Source: Leucoraja ocellata (lineage: Eukaryota). From it: DNA of 64,000 bases. Shown here piece after piece: positions 39,322-52,086 of the stretch. Position 1 is the stretch's first letter; each line of letters opens with the position of its first letter. The notes below the pieces were generated by a model, which had not been told where the DNA came from, ran no database searches, and was given only the letters and a program-made list of their open reading frames with translations. Both the position numbers and the translations under genes were made by a program. The DNA lies in contig JAWMAR010000011.1 in NCBI GenBank assembly GCA_036785375.1, positions 9,424,001-9,488,000 on the forward strand, read 5' to 3'.

Positions 39322-40691
39322 CGATGGCTGATTTTGCCGCATACGTTTACGAGCAGCTACTGCTTTCAGATTACGACAAATATCTTTGAAAGTTGAAGGC
39401 TGCAACCTGTGTTGGAGATGTGGTGGGTCCTGCATTGAAGGGCATTGGTACTGTGGAAGCTGATGCTGTGGTTGTGATGGTGGCGGTGGTGCTGGTAGTG
39501 GCAATGGCTGTAGATTTTCTTGCTGCCATAAAAATGTCTTCTGGTTAGGTTGTGGTTGCTGGGATTGTGGCAATTGCTGTGGGGATGACTGCAGATTTTG
39601 TGATGATTGGTGAGGTGATTGTTGCTGGAGATGTGGTAACTGCTCTGCCGGCTGCTGCTGGAGATGTGGTAACTGTGGTGCCGGCTGCTGCTGGCGATGT
39701 GGTAACTGCTGTACCGGCTGCTGCTGGAGATGTGGTAACTGTTGCACCGGCTGTTGCTGGAGATGTGGTAACTGTGGTGCCGGCTGCTGCTGGCGATGTG
39801 GTAACTGCTGTACCGGCTGCTGCTGGAGATGTGGTAACTGTTGCACCGGCTGTTGCTGGAGATGTGGTAACTGTGGTGCCGGCTGCTGCTGGCGATGTGG
39901 TAACTGCTGTGGTGGCTGTTGCTGCAGATGTGGTAACTGTTCCACCGGCTGCTGCTGGAGATGTGGTAACTGCTGTGCCGGCTGCTGCTGGAGATGTGGT
40001 AACTGCTGTGCCGGCTGCTGCTGGAGATGTGGTAACTGCTGTGGTGGCTGTTGCTGCAGATGTGGTAACTGTTCCACCGGCTGCTGCTGGAGATGTGGTA
40101 ACTGCTGTGGTGACTGTTGCTGCAGATGTAGCAACTTTTGTGCCGGCTGCTGCTGGAGATGTGGTAACTGTTGTGCCGGCTGCTGCTGGAGATGTGGTAA
40201 CTGCTGTGGTGACTGTTTATGGAGATGCGGTAATTGGTTTAGATCTAATGGATGATGTTCAACCACTAAATGTTGCTGGCACTGACTGTTATTTTGTGGC
40301 ACCTCAAGGAATTGTTCTTTGAGTTTTATCTGCTGATATTGGTGTTTTGATTGCTCAGGGTAAAATTGTTCATCCACAATTTCATCACATTGTTCAACCT
40401 TAAGTTCTTGCTCAGAACACTTTTGTTGTGTCAGTTTAGGTTCTGGGCCCTGCTCAGTCACTGCTGGTTGTTGTTCTTCTGCATGTTGGGTTTCAAAAGG
40501 TTGTGGAAGGTGTAGCAGTGTTGGTGGATGATGAGGGTAGTAGTGTTGAACCTTATCCTTCACAGGTTGTTGTTTTTGGTCTGGTAGCACAGGTATCAAA
40601 GTGCTTATTTCTTCTGCTTCTGATTGCAAGAGGTGGAATCTGTAGTACTGGACAAGATTTTCCAGAAAGGCAAATGTAGCCATAGAAGGAA
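39322..40691 (-). CDS. Putative alternative PRDM11 exon, Gln/Pro/His-rich with an 11-aa tandem repeat
   Basis: Branch-like GCTAAC, T9 tract and AAG|TT CCT TCT ATG acceptor (phase 1). 1370 bp open. Donor TCG|GTAAGA (phase 0). Non-repeat coding-like flanks on both sides, including basic AARKRMR. Confidence 0.75.
39613..40239 (-). repeat. Coding minisatellite, 19 x 33 bp (QQLPHLQQQP[A/V/P])
   Basis: 19 in-frame units counted from the translation; plus-strand unit is approximately GGAGATGTGGTAACTGCTGTGCCGGCTGCTGCT. Confidence 0.97.
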
Positions 40692-42066
40692 CTTAAAAAA
40701 AAACATAGGTTAGCTGCATCTAATTCAATGAACAATTGTTTAAAAACTGCTGTCAAACTACAAGAAACAAAGCTTTTTAACAGTACATTGGTAACTTTTG
40801 TAAAGGTTACATTATTTATTAGAAAGTGTATTTCTGTAGTCAATTGCACAAGGTAGACAGTATCTTTTGTTGGAACACATAGGCTGTATTTACAAAGAAA
40901 AATCTTTCATTATAAAGATAAGGAACGAAAGCATGTAGACTTATTTTATTCATTTTTCAGGGACCAAATGCATTTTCTACCTTCCCAAAGCGTATGTCTT
41001 AAGTAAGGCAAAACATCTTTATTCAATGTGCATTTCAAGGCCATCTTTCTTGTGCACAATTCTTTCTAATTATATGGGAATGGCCCAGACTAATACTATG
41101 TTTCTACTTTGAATCTACTGGCAGTACTAAGTACTTCTATCAGGCTCTTTTAATTTCCAAATATTAAAAAATAATCATGATACTAAATTTATCAACCTCT
41201 TAATCGGGTAATGAAATGCAAAAAGTGGTCTAATGTATGGATTACTTACTGTGATCCACCTAAAGCAACACAAACAATTAACTAATTGTAAAACCAAATA
41301 TCTTATTCTCAAAATTAAGTATTATTTACATGTTTTCCAGCAAGATACGATTCAGGCTTCAGCAAGAAGTAACACATGGTGGACAAAAGAAAGGCTTCAA
41401 ATCTGTGGCAAAAAAGGGTCAGCACTTTATTGCTGTTTGAAAACTTGACATTACTGAATGCATCATGATAAACTGATTTCACTTTAGAGGTTTAATAAAA
41501 ATAAAATAATTCCCATTTACACACACAGAAATATAATCCCTAAATAATATTATTCTTATAATCTGCATTCAGCTATCAATAGAAAACAATCAATGTGCAT
41601 GCAATCAAACCTCATAATGCCCAGATATATACAGAATCAGAAGGTAATAAAGAGAATTCCTGCATGAGATCTGGTAGGACTTTCTCACAGACAAAATATT
41701 ATATTAGCTACATGGGGAATTGCATTCTATTCAGACTGTCACCTTTACAAATCAGGTTCTCTCAATATTATGAATCCTGAAAGTATGTTTAGTTAGGCCT
41801 GTCACAAATCAGATGTAATTGTACAAGAATACGTTTATTCTTTCTGCACTGTTCAAACATTTGAATTGAAATGATCAAATCTCAGAAAATTTCCTTGTGG
41901 CAATGGAAGCTGAATTTTAGATTATACATTAGCGTGGAAGAGCTACTTATTTATCCACATACAATATTTTGAAGTACGTTGAAGATCCTCATTATATTTC
42001 AGAATTGGAGAAAGATACAAGAATGTGGTTCCCTCCATCCCCCTAAAAATAATCTTATGAAAATGG

Positions 42067-42367
42067 GGGCAGTACAGTGGTGCAGCGGTAGAGTTGCCTT
42101 ACAGCACCACAGACCTGGGTTTGATCCTGACTACGGATGCTGCCTGTACGGGGTTTGTATGTTTCCCCGGTGACTGCATGGGTTTTCTCCGGGTGCTCCG
42201 GTTTCCTCCCACACTCCAAAGACGTACAGGTTGGTAGGTTAGCTGACTTCAGTAAAAATTGTAAATTGTCCCTAGTGTGTAGAATAGTGCTAGTGTATGG
42301 GGGTCGCTGGTCGGCACTGACTCGGTGAGCCGAAGGACCAGCTTCCATGCTGTATCTCTAAACTAAA
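42067..42367 (+). mobile_element. V-SINE-type SINE
   Basis: tRNA head, GGGTTTTCTCCGGGTGCTCCGGTTTCCTCCCACA core, CTCTAAACTAAA tail. Confidence 0.9.
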
Positions 42368-43832
42368 ATGGCATATTTATATTTATAATTATAAAATCTC
42401 TGCAATAAAAGCCCCTTCTCACTTTTATGAAGGACAATCACTCCAAACTTTAGAACACATCTGAGGAGACAATGGAAAAAAACCTCAAACATTGTTGCTG
42501 ACAGCTGTACACATCAGAATGTGTCAGAATTAGGAAGTGTTGCAGCAGCATGAGAAATATGACATGTTCCCAAATCTTGGCTTTGGATAACATTGGTGAT
42601 AATTTGAACTCAATGTCCAGAGCTATGGTTATGGGCACTGGGAGATGCTGGGGAGAGGTTGAGGACAAATGTGAATCTCGGGATAATATATTGTAGTTAC
42701 TTTGTAGACTGAAAAGTTTACAAAAATGTTGTAAATTTGCTGCACTATATTTTCTGTGCCCTGCATTAGCTCAGTACAACTCAATATGATTCACATGTTC
42801 AGAATATTTGTGCCTGAATTTTAGAGATTCTCCATTTTCATATTTAAGCAACCTATTTCCAGCAAACATCCATGTCGACCAATGGTCACCCACATTAATT
42901 TAATGCCAGATATGCTCCTGTTGTAGGTCACAAAATAAAATGTCCAAATTTCCTCAGTATTGTAGTAATTTTACACCTGTAAGGAGAATATACCTGCCCT
43001 CCCCTCACCCTCCTCTCCCACCATCCCTCCACATGCTCCAACCCAAAGAATCTTATTTAAGGCAATAAAAGTAGTAGCTGAAAGGGACTTTTTCTCATTG
43101 ATTGCTAATGTTCTAATTGGTTTCTCTGAACTAATTGCTATGGTATTAACATATTTGGAAGGGAAGCTGCCTTCTTTTGTCATTACATGGATAACTGACT
43201 AATGCACATTCGACTGGGCTTGCTTTGCTGATCCATTGTTTTTCTATGTCAACCCATATCATCTCAATTTGTCCCTTAAAAAAATCCTGTTATTATGGCT
43301 TGCTGGATTTAATAGGGATATATGTAACGACTAATTAATGAAAGTACAGCACAAAGTACCCCCATAATCAAGCTGCCAACATCAAATTATTTCAATGACA
43401 GTGAATCTTACAAAGAATGTCAGAGCATTTCCTATTCTACCACCTCAATAGTTAGACGCAAACCTCAATTACATGTAGAAAAATAAGCTGTGTTTACCAC
43501 TGAGGAAGGAGAAATTCCAAGAAAATCCATCCCCTGCAAGTCTGCGCTTATTGTGAAGAACATGATAGATTGTGGTGTGCAAGTAAAGAGTTTGACCAGT
43601 CAATTCAGTTTATTCTGTAAATTACAATTAATTCACTTAATTGTGAATTCCACACAATTTGTCCCTAGATTCAAATATTGTATTGTTATTGATACCTCAG
43701 AGATTGATTTCTTTGGCATAAATCATTACTTCAACAGCTAATTCAGGTAAGGTACTATTATACCTACAACATTTTCTCAACTATGATCTGAATTCATCTG
43801 TATCGTAGGAAAATACTTTCTCCAATTGCTCA

Positions 43833-44200
43833 GTCATAGAGTTATACAGCACGGAAACAAGCCTTTCATCTCAACGTCCAGGCAGACTGCGATGCCCCTT
43901 CAAGCTAGTTTTATTTCCTTACATCTGGCCCTTTAGCCTTCTAGCCCTTTCCTAACCATACATCTGTCCAAATTTATTTTAAATATTGTTAATTTACCTG
44001 GCTCAACTACTTCCTCTGGTGCTCATTCCATATACCAACCACTCTCTGTGTGAAAAGGTTGCTCCTCAAGTTCCTATTACATCTGTCTCCTCTAACTTTA
44101 AATCTATGCCTTCTATTTTTCAACTCATACCCTGATAAAAACACACTGCATTCATCCTATCTATTCCCCTCACGATTTTATACTTCATTAAGGTCACTCC
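43833..44200 (-). mobile_element. CR1-type LINE 3' fragment
   Basis: AGTCATAGAGTTATACAGCACGGAAACA tail and ACCACTCTCTGTGTGAAAA motif. Confidence 0.75.
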
Positions 44201-46062
44201 ACATCCTTGATTCTTGATTGGATTGCAGTGAAATACTTTGCTCATGTTTTGAGTGAGTCTTTTGGACCAAGATTTATGGTAAAATATCTTTAAAAACAGA
44301 AACTGTGGGTATTAAATCAATTATGATGTGATCAATCGAAATTGACTTAACGACTAAGAATCAAAGTGAAGATAACCTTCATGATATAAGAGGCATCACA
44401 AAACCATAAAGAACTTGCTTAAACATACAACAGAATTATTCACTGCTAAGTATTAACTTTATTTTGGTATTAAACAAGTTATAGAAAAGACAAGAGGAAC
44501 CAGGGTGCAAACAAGGAAAAACAAGATGTTCTTTACAGCACAAGATACACAAGATTATCCTGCACACAATTTGTATTAATTTAGAAATTCTACCTTATAC
44601 TTTTATTGGATATTAATTGGATTAGATATAAAACTAGCCTTGAAATGTTCTTAAAGCTACAAGGCAAGGCAAGGGGGTAGTTGAAAGGGCATGCACAACA
44701 GTGGTGTGCTCATCAATAAAAAAATATTGCAGTAATATTTAAATAATATTACTGCCAGTCCAAATCTCATTATTGCCTGTTCAAATCTCACCATAAGAAC
44801 TGGGGAATTAAATTTTGGTCAATTGAATAATCTGGAATCAAAAAGCTGGTATGAGTAGTGTTTGCCTTGCGACTATAGGTTTCTACGGAGTCTCTGAGCA
44901 TGGCATTTTATTTTATCCCGCCAGCGACCACAGTGCTTGCTCTCTTCTATAGGACAAATTGTATTATGAACTCATCAGAGAGAGAGATTGCAAGTATAAA
45001 CTCATGTCTTAGCAAACACATCAAGGTTATGACATTGTGAAGTATAATTTGCCTTTGTCTTAAAGAGGTAAACAACATATTTTGATTGTGACTGTTCCAT
45101 TTTCTGTTCCCATCACTTCTCCCCACTTCCAGGACCAGAATAGGATTTCTTTATCTTCACCTTTCACCAACTGGCCTTCACATCCAATGGATCGTTATTC
45201 TCAAACTGCAATACCACTAGTCGCATTATCCCACCTCCTTTTCAAGCCTCAAGCTGTCTTCCCATGTGAAACAGCAATTTACCTGCACTTCCTTAAAGCT
45301 AGTATACTGTTTTGGCTGTTTACAATGTGTTGCCAGAAATTCTGTTAATTTTTTTAATGATATTAAAGAGTTTTGTGGGTCATTGTGAACATTGCACACA
45401 GATTCAAAGCTTTTTGGAACAGCATTGTTTGGTTCCCCTTTGTAATGCGTGATGAAAGTGACAGTGATATTCTCCAATATTCTCTTTTGATCCAGTACAA
45501 GCATTAGGCCTCATGGGTGCAATCTCTGCAGCTGACTCTTAAAGGAACATTACACAATACATAATCTGTGAGCCAGATCCTGGAACTCATTGCCGATTAG
45601 CACTGTGAGAACACCTCCATCACATGAACTCCAATAATTCAAGACGATGGGTCACTACCATTTTCTAAATGGTAATTACGAATAGGTAATAAATGCTGAC
45701 CTTGCCAAAGATGCATAGATCCTGAAAATAGATTTTAAAAAGTTATGGCAATAAATAGATGGACTTCACAAAGAATTGAAGGGAGAGGTAATGGGGCAAG
45801 GCATAATGCAAGAGTGTTCCCAAGCAGTTGGAGAAACTAGAGTGGGCAGATAAAGACCATCTGTACACCATCCAGAACTACCGAATTATGCCTTTGCAGA
45901 TGTTTGCCAGGAAGGACACAACTGAAGTCTTTGGATGCTTGTAACCTATGGATGTCTGTGGTATGCGCATTTGTATTTGCCAGCCCTGTCTGTTCTTGTG
46001 TGGATGAAAGGAAAAGTAAATGAAGTTTTTTGTGATTTATTTTAAAATCACAGGTCTCATAA

Positions 46063-46727
46063 AGGGGCTGTCCCACTACGGCGACCTAATCCGCGAGTTC
46101 CAAAGAGTTTGCCCTCGACTCAAACTCGCACCATGGTCGACATGTGGTCCTATGAGGTCACTGGAACTCTCCTTCGTGCTCGAGGGAAGTTCCCTCATAC
46201 TCGCGGCCTCAGCGAGGTCGCGGAGATTTTTTTCAGCATGTTGAAACATTTTCCGCGAGTAAAATTTGGTCGGCATTGTTCTTTTTAACTAGTAGTGCAG
46301 TGGAGTGGGGTCGCTATTTAGTTACAGGCAGTCGAGGGCAGCCGTAGACAATCTCCTTCGCTGACCAGGCATTTTGATTGGCTCATTGGAGTTTTCTGGG
46401 CCAAGGAAAACCGACTGATAGGCTAAATGTCCCCCTCCCCCCCCCCCCCCCCGGGCTCTCTAAAGGACTTACCGATACAGTGCCAGACGTCTTTTACCTT
46501 CCTCTTCATCGCGGGTGTGAATTTCAGACAGCATTCCCGCGCTTTCCCTGGCCCACACCTTTGCGGTCTGTCTGTCTGTCTGTCTGTCTGTGTGTTCGGT
46601 CCAGCTCGCAGTTTCAACGCGGACGGTCCATCCAGCTCGAGGTTTTCCAGGCAAGTGCCCTCGAGCTTGAAGGTCGAAAACACTCTTCTTCACTCGCGGA
46701 TTAGGTCGCCGCAGTGGGACAGCCCCT
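46063..46727. mobile_element. PIF/Harbinger-like MITE related to 25984-26482
   Basis: TIRs AGGGGCTGTCCCACT.CGGCGACCTAATCCGCGAGT / ACTCGCGGATTAGGTCGCCGCAGTGGGACAGCCCCT; TAA TSD. Confidence 0.85.
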
Positions 46728-47002
46728 TAAGTAATGCAGTTTGAATGCTAAAACTATAAAGAGTGTAGTTTCAGGGGAAACCGTTGTTCTGAGAATAAAT
46801 ACAATGATTAATTTTTGCATTACTGTTGATAAAATTTGAGGGTACTTTATGCCCTAAAAAAGGGTTCCAGAGCAAAAGAAAATCTTACCCAAAGTCAGAA
46901 GTCAGAATTCTCAACCAGGGCCAGATACATGGGAAATTGAGGCAATACTGTTATCTGAATTTTTCAAGTGTACAATACTAGTATATTTGGAGTTGTATTA
47001 AC

Positions 47003-47535
47003 TTTATGCTGGGGAGGCCAAATGCAGGCGAGCTGCTCTGACCACTTTGCAGAATACCTCCAAGTATGTAATCACGACCCCGAGCTTTTTGTCACCACTC
47101 GCTTCAAAGCTCTTATTCCGACTACTCTGCCTTGAATCTCCTGAGCTGTTCAAACAAAATTCAACCCAAGCACAGGAACGGTAGCTTATCACTTCACTAG
47201 ACATGAAAGACATTTTTACACTCAACATTGAACCAATAATTTGAAGGAAGTAGCATTGCTGCAATTTTATTTGATATACAGCATTCATTTGAAATTCCTT
47301 TTACATTTTAAGATTATCATTTTGCGCTTTCACTTCTTCAATGCTTTGTTATCTAGCGCGAACACTCTTGCTGTCATTCCATTCGGTCTGAGACTGCTTT
47401 TTGTTCTCTCCTCCCCCATTTCTCTGCACCTCAAAATACATTTCTAGCTATTTCCACTTGATTAAAGCTTGCTGCCCTGAAATATTACCTCTGCATCTTT
47501 CTCTCCAATGACTATGCCTGATTTGCTGCATGTTT
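47003..47535 (+). mobile_element. Degraded Penelope GIY-YIG/pLTR fragment
   Basis: Decayed YAGEAKCR...DHFAEYL...DPEL...LNIE pattern parallels 78-404. Confidence 0.6.
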
Positions 47536-48309
47536 GTTTTTTATTAGCGTAAGTATAATTGATGAAAGGAAAGTAGAAGAGTCAAGGGAACAAAAAAATT
47601 ATTCCAAAGGTGCTTCTGAAATTCATTGCCCGAAAGGAATGTAGATGAAGATACAATAACCATATTTTTTACAATACTTGCATGTGTACTTGTAATGTCA
47701 CTACCTAAAAGAATACAAATTAGATTGGAAAGTTAGCATAGCCTTTTAGGTGCTCTTCTTATTCACTTCAGGTACAATGTTCAATTACTTTTAAATATAT
47801 TGTATATATTTGTGATTTTGCAATGCACTTTAAATATTCTTGAAATTCCATGGTGTTATTATTAAGTAATGGAACATAAAAAAATGTTTATGGTTTGAAA
47901 TTGTATGCTTAGTAGGTCTTTAAATCATGAATATTGAAGTCGATTTCAGTGCTAATATATTATAGAGTTGCTACTGCTCACAAAGCTTTAAAATACACAA
48001 AAATAAGAAAGGTTGCTTGACTCATGACGAGCTATCAAATGAAGAAACTACACTTGCACCTCAAATTTGCCATTTCCTGTACCTAAGCATACACTTAGAT
48101 TGGACAGAAGTTAAAGTTATTTCAATCTTATCATCGTCGAACATAACAGTTCACAATAACCAGCCCTTCGGCCCAAATCTCAGTGCCAAACATAATGCAA
48201 AGATAAACTAATCTCCTCTGTCTGCACTTGGTCCATATCCCTTCATATTATGTTTCTCTCCTGTGATTAATAAAGTTCTATCCTATGTTATCGTATATCC
48301 ATGTGCCTA

Positions 48310-48900
48310 TCTAACCTACCTTGGGTCTTAATCTTCTGGATCAGCCCACCATGAGGAACTTTAACAAATACCTTGTCCAGGTAGACAACATCAACCGCCA
48401 TACCCTCATTGATCACTTTCATCACCTCCTCAATCCTCAATTAAGTTAGTTAGATAGGATCTGCCAAAGACAAAGCCACGTTGACTGTCCCTAATTTTCT
48501 AATTCTCTTCCAAATGCGAGAAAATCCTATACCAAAGAATCCTTTTCAATAGCTCTTCTACCATGGATGAGAGGCTCAACGGCCCACAATTTCCTGGATT
48601 ATCTCTACGTCCTTTCTTAAACAAAGCAACAACATTGGCTACTCTCCAGTCCTGAGGGACGTCGCCTGCGCTAGAAAAGATCCAAAGTTTTTTGTTGAGG
48701 CTCCTGCAATCTACACCTGCCTCTCTCAATATCTTGGGATAGATTTCATCAGGCCCTAGGGATTTATTCACTTTAATACTTTCAAACAGCCCACCCTTCT
48801 TGATCTCAAACTGCCCTAGCATATTAATATAATCCAGATTGACCTTACTATCCTCCATATCCTTGTCCTTGGTGAATACAGCTGCAAAGTGCTCGTTTAG
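48310..48900 (-). mobile_element. CR1 ORF2 internal fragment
   Basis: LNEHFAAVFTK...KSLGPDEIYPKILRE...VPQDWRVANVVALFKKG..DNPGN. Confidence 0.88.
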
Positions 48901-48907
48901 TACTATG

Positions 48908-49300
48908 CCAACAAGTTTGCAGATGACACCACTGTAGTGGGCTGTATCTTGAACAATGATGAGATGGAGTACAGGAAGGAAATAGAAAGCTTGGTAGCGT
49001 GGCTTCAAAACAAGAACCTTTCTCTCAATGTCAGCAAACTAATGGAGCTAGTTATTAACTTCAGGAAGTGAGGTAGAGTACATTCCCAAATCAGCAATAA
49101 TGGTGTCAAAATGGAAATGGTCGTGCGCTTCAAGTTCCTACGCATAATTATCACCACATATTTGTCCTGGACCAACCGCATCAAAGCTCTGGCCAAAATG
49201 CCTCCTCTTCCTCAAGAGACTAACAAAGTTTGGCATATATCCAATTAATTTTACTAGCTTCTACAGATGTACCATACAAATCACACTGTCATCTTGCATT
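48908..49300 (+). mobile_element. Rex1/Babar-like LINE RT fragment
   Basis: KFADDTTVVGCILNNDEMEYRKEIESLVAW...FKFL...SFYRCTI. Confidence 0.75.
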
Positions 49301-51054
49301 GCAGGTGAAAATTATTTACTTCGTAACAAAATTTAAAATTTGTAGTCACTACATTAATAAATCAAACAAAAAACAATAGACCATGATTCCTCTTGTGGAG
49401 TTACTTTTATACTTTTCTTTAGAGGGGAGAAAACATGAAGCCAAATAGTACAATGGTAACAACAACTGTCTGGATCTCTGCAAGTGTAAATTAACTGCTA
49501 AAGTCCTGGTGGATAAGATAGCTATGGTAAGAGAATACTGAAATATTTTGGATTATGGTCCTTGTTTTTTAAATGTTATTTGATCATCTCCCATCACTTA
49601 TTACAAAAAATGACATGTATCATTACATTCAGCATATAAGATTTATATGTGGTGCAGGACCATTGTTTGTTATGTAAAGTGTTAAGTTCTCCTGGAAGCC
49701 CAATCTAAAAATAAGTGAAAAAATAATGGGGAAATTAATAATATTTTGATAAAATACTCAGTGATTTCAAAATATTTTACAATATGGCAATATTACACAT
49801 TTTTGTGCAATTAATTAATTCTAACCAAAATGCAAGTAAAGAAAAAAAAACAATAGAAAAGTGTAATCCTTGCAAAGTCTGTTAAATTTCATTATTAATA
49901 AGAATTTTAAATATAGATGTAATACATTCAACCTTATAACTTCTGGATGCTCTGGGCTTTTGTATAAAGAAGAGCTAACGTTGCTCAAATCTTTTTCTGT
50001 GCATGCCGAATAGAGGGAATGCAATGACAATGCTGAATGAAACATTCTTGTAACTAGCCTCATCTCATGATTGAAATCAAGAATTCACTATGTGGGAAAA
50101 CAATGGTGAAACCCAATAAACTATTATTTTGTCACATTTGACTGGAAGTTGATTGATTTGATTCACATTTTTAGGCATGATGACATCTCAGTTTCATCAC
50201 AAGCATGTAAGACGTGTGCAAATCAACTCTCCAGTGCACTGATGGTTCGAATATGTATAAGGTATTAAATAAACATGAGAAAATTCAACTCCACTGATTA
50301 GTTCCTCTTTAGCTAAAAAAATACTTAGTACTGTCACAAAATACAAAGTGAAAAACTATTTGATAATCCAGTGAAGTGCACCAGATAGAAAATTGGTACA
50401 GGGACTGAGTTATGTAGGTTCTAGGCAGGGTCTTACAATTTTCTGTGTTTTAGATGGTGTTGTTACTTCTCTGTATGTTCCATCAAAGAAGCAAATTTGA
50501 CTATAAATCATCAGGCTAGAGAAATTGCGGGTACAAACTGAGTTCCTAACAAAAGTATTAAGCCTATGATGCGTTGGGAGCTCAATGTTCTGTGCTGTCC
50601 AACAAGTCAGAAACAGTTGACTGATTCTGTCTGAATAAGTAGTTAAATGTTATTTAAAGGTAAAGCTTATGAAGGTGATAGTAGTGAGTTTGCATATAGC
50701 TCACCAGCCACCAGTCCATAGTCCAATACTTATCATTTTAGGTCCAGGAGGCCGCATAAGCAGCTATTTGAAAAGCAAATACCAGATCTGTAAAAAAAAG
50801 ACTCAGGAAAATGCAAGTGTTACCTGAGAAAAGCCAGGCTGGGAAGACTTTATTAAAGTTGCCATGGATTCAAGAGATATTAGTGAAATTGATATTGGTG
50901 TTCATAAAAAATATTGAGAAAGTCAACAAGCAAACACAGCAAGCAGTTAGGAAGGCAAATAGTTTCTGATGATGGTAAAAATAAAAAATTGATACGGATA
51001 TAGGGATTTTCCTGCAATTATTTAAGGTTCCAACAAGTCTTGGGATATTGTATT

Positions 51055-51313
51055 ATCATATAACCATATAACAATTACAGCACAGAAACAGGCCATCTCG
51101 GCCCTACAAGTCCGTGCCGAACAACTTTTTTTTTCCCTTAGTCCCACCTGCCTGCACTCATACCATAACCCTCCATTCCCTTCTCATCCATATGCCTATC
51201 CAATTTATTTTTAAATGATACCAACGAACCTGCCTCCACCACTTCCACTGGAAGCTCATTCCACACCGCTACCACTCTCTGAGTAAAGAAGTTCCCCCTC
51301 ATGTTACCCCTAA
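51055..51313 (-). mobile_element. CR1-type LINE 3' end
   Basis: RGNFFTQRVVAVWNELP..VVEAGS...FK..LDRHM. Confidence 0.9.
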
Positions 51314-51325
51314 AATGCAATCATG

Positions 51326-52086
51326 CTGGGTGGCGCCGTCAGAGATGGCAGTCTCGCCAACAGTCTCTGTCTTTTCGTCTTTTTTTGCTATTTTTAGTGT
51401 GTTTTAAAAAGTATGTATTAATGTTCTCTGGTTTGTTTTATGTGAGGAAAACCTTTATGTTTTCGGGGGAAACTTTTTTTCAATCTCTTACCTTACCGGA
51501 GATGTGATTTTTTTCTGGATCGTATCTCCAGTCGTTCTGTGGCCTAACATCATGGAGCTGGCGGCCTTGCTCGGGACTGACCTTGTGCCCCACCGCGGGG
51601 CCGTGGACTTACCATCAGAGTCTGCGATCCCTTGCCTGGGACCGACGCTTCAACCCGCGGCCTGCGGATTTCAACATCGAGGAGCTCGCAGTCTCGGGTA
51701 AAGCCTGATGTCAGGAAGCTCCAACGCACAGGAGGTCCGACTAGCCCCAACCCGATCGCCTGGCGCGGGGAGCCGAGATCCTCCTGATGCGGGAGCTTGA
51801 TCTCCCCGATGCGGAGGGCTTGACTGCCGGCTACGGGAGCCAAGATCGCTCCAACAGAAGGTTCGAGTGCCCCCGACCGCGGGAGAACAAAGAAGGGAAG
51901 AAGATTTAGCTTTTTTTGCCTTCCATCACAGTGAGGAATGTGGGGTAGTCGCTGTGGTGGATGTTCATGTTTCAAGTTTATTTGGGTGTATTGTTGCTCT
52001 TTATTGGTATGACTGTATGACAAATCAAATTCCTCGTATGTTGCAAAACACACTTGGCTAATAAATCACTATTACGATTATGATTG
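51326..52086 (+). mobile_element. CpG-rich non-autonomous retroelement (SINE-like or LINE-derived)
   Basis: GC-rich block ending in a LINE-like 3' end: CAAATCAAATTCCTCGTATGTTGCAAAACACACTTGGCTAATAAA plus a short tandem tail. Confidence 0.6.

Noticed and set aside
39613-40239. CRISPR-like periodicity
   Set aside because: Tandem units without unique spacers, in a vertebrate coding exon.
39552-40322. 256-aa Val/Ala-rich plus-strand ORF
   Set aside because: Antisense shadow of the 33-bp coding repeat; no splice or domain support.
47004-47288. 94-aa minus-strand ORF as an extra PRDM11 exon
   Set aside because: The opposite strand is a decayed Penelope GIY-YIG fragment.
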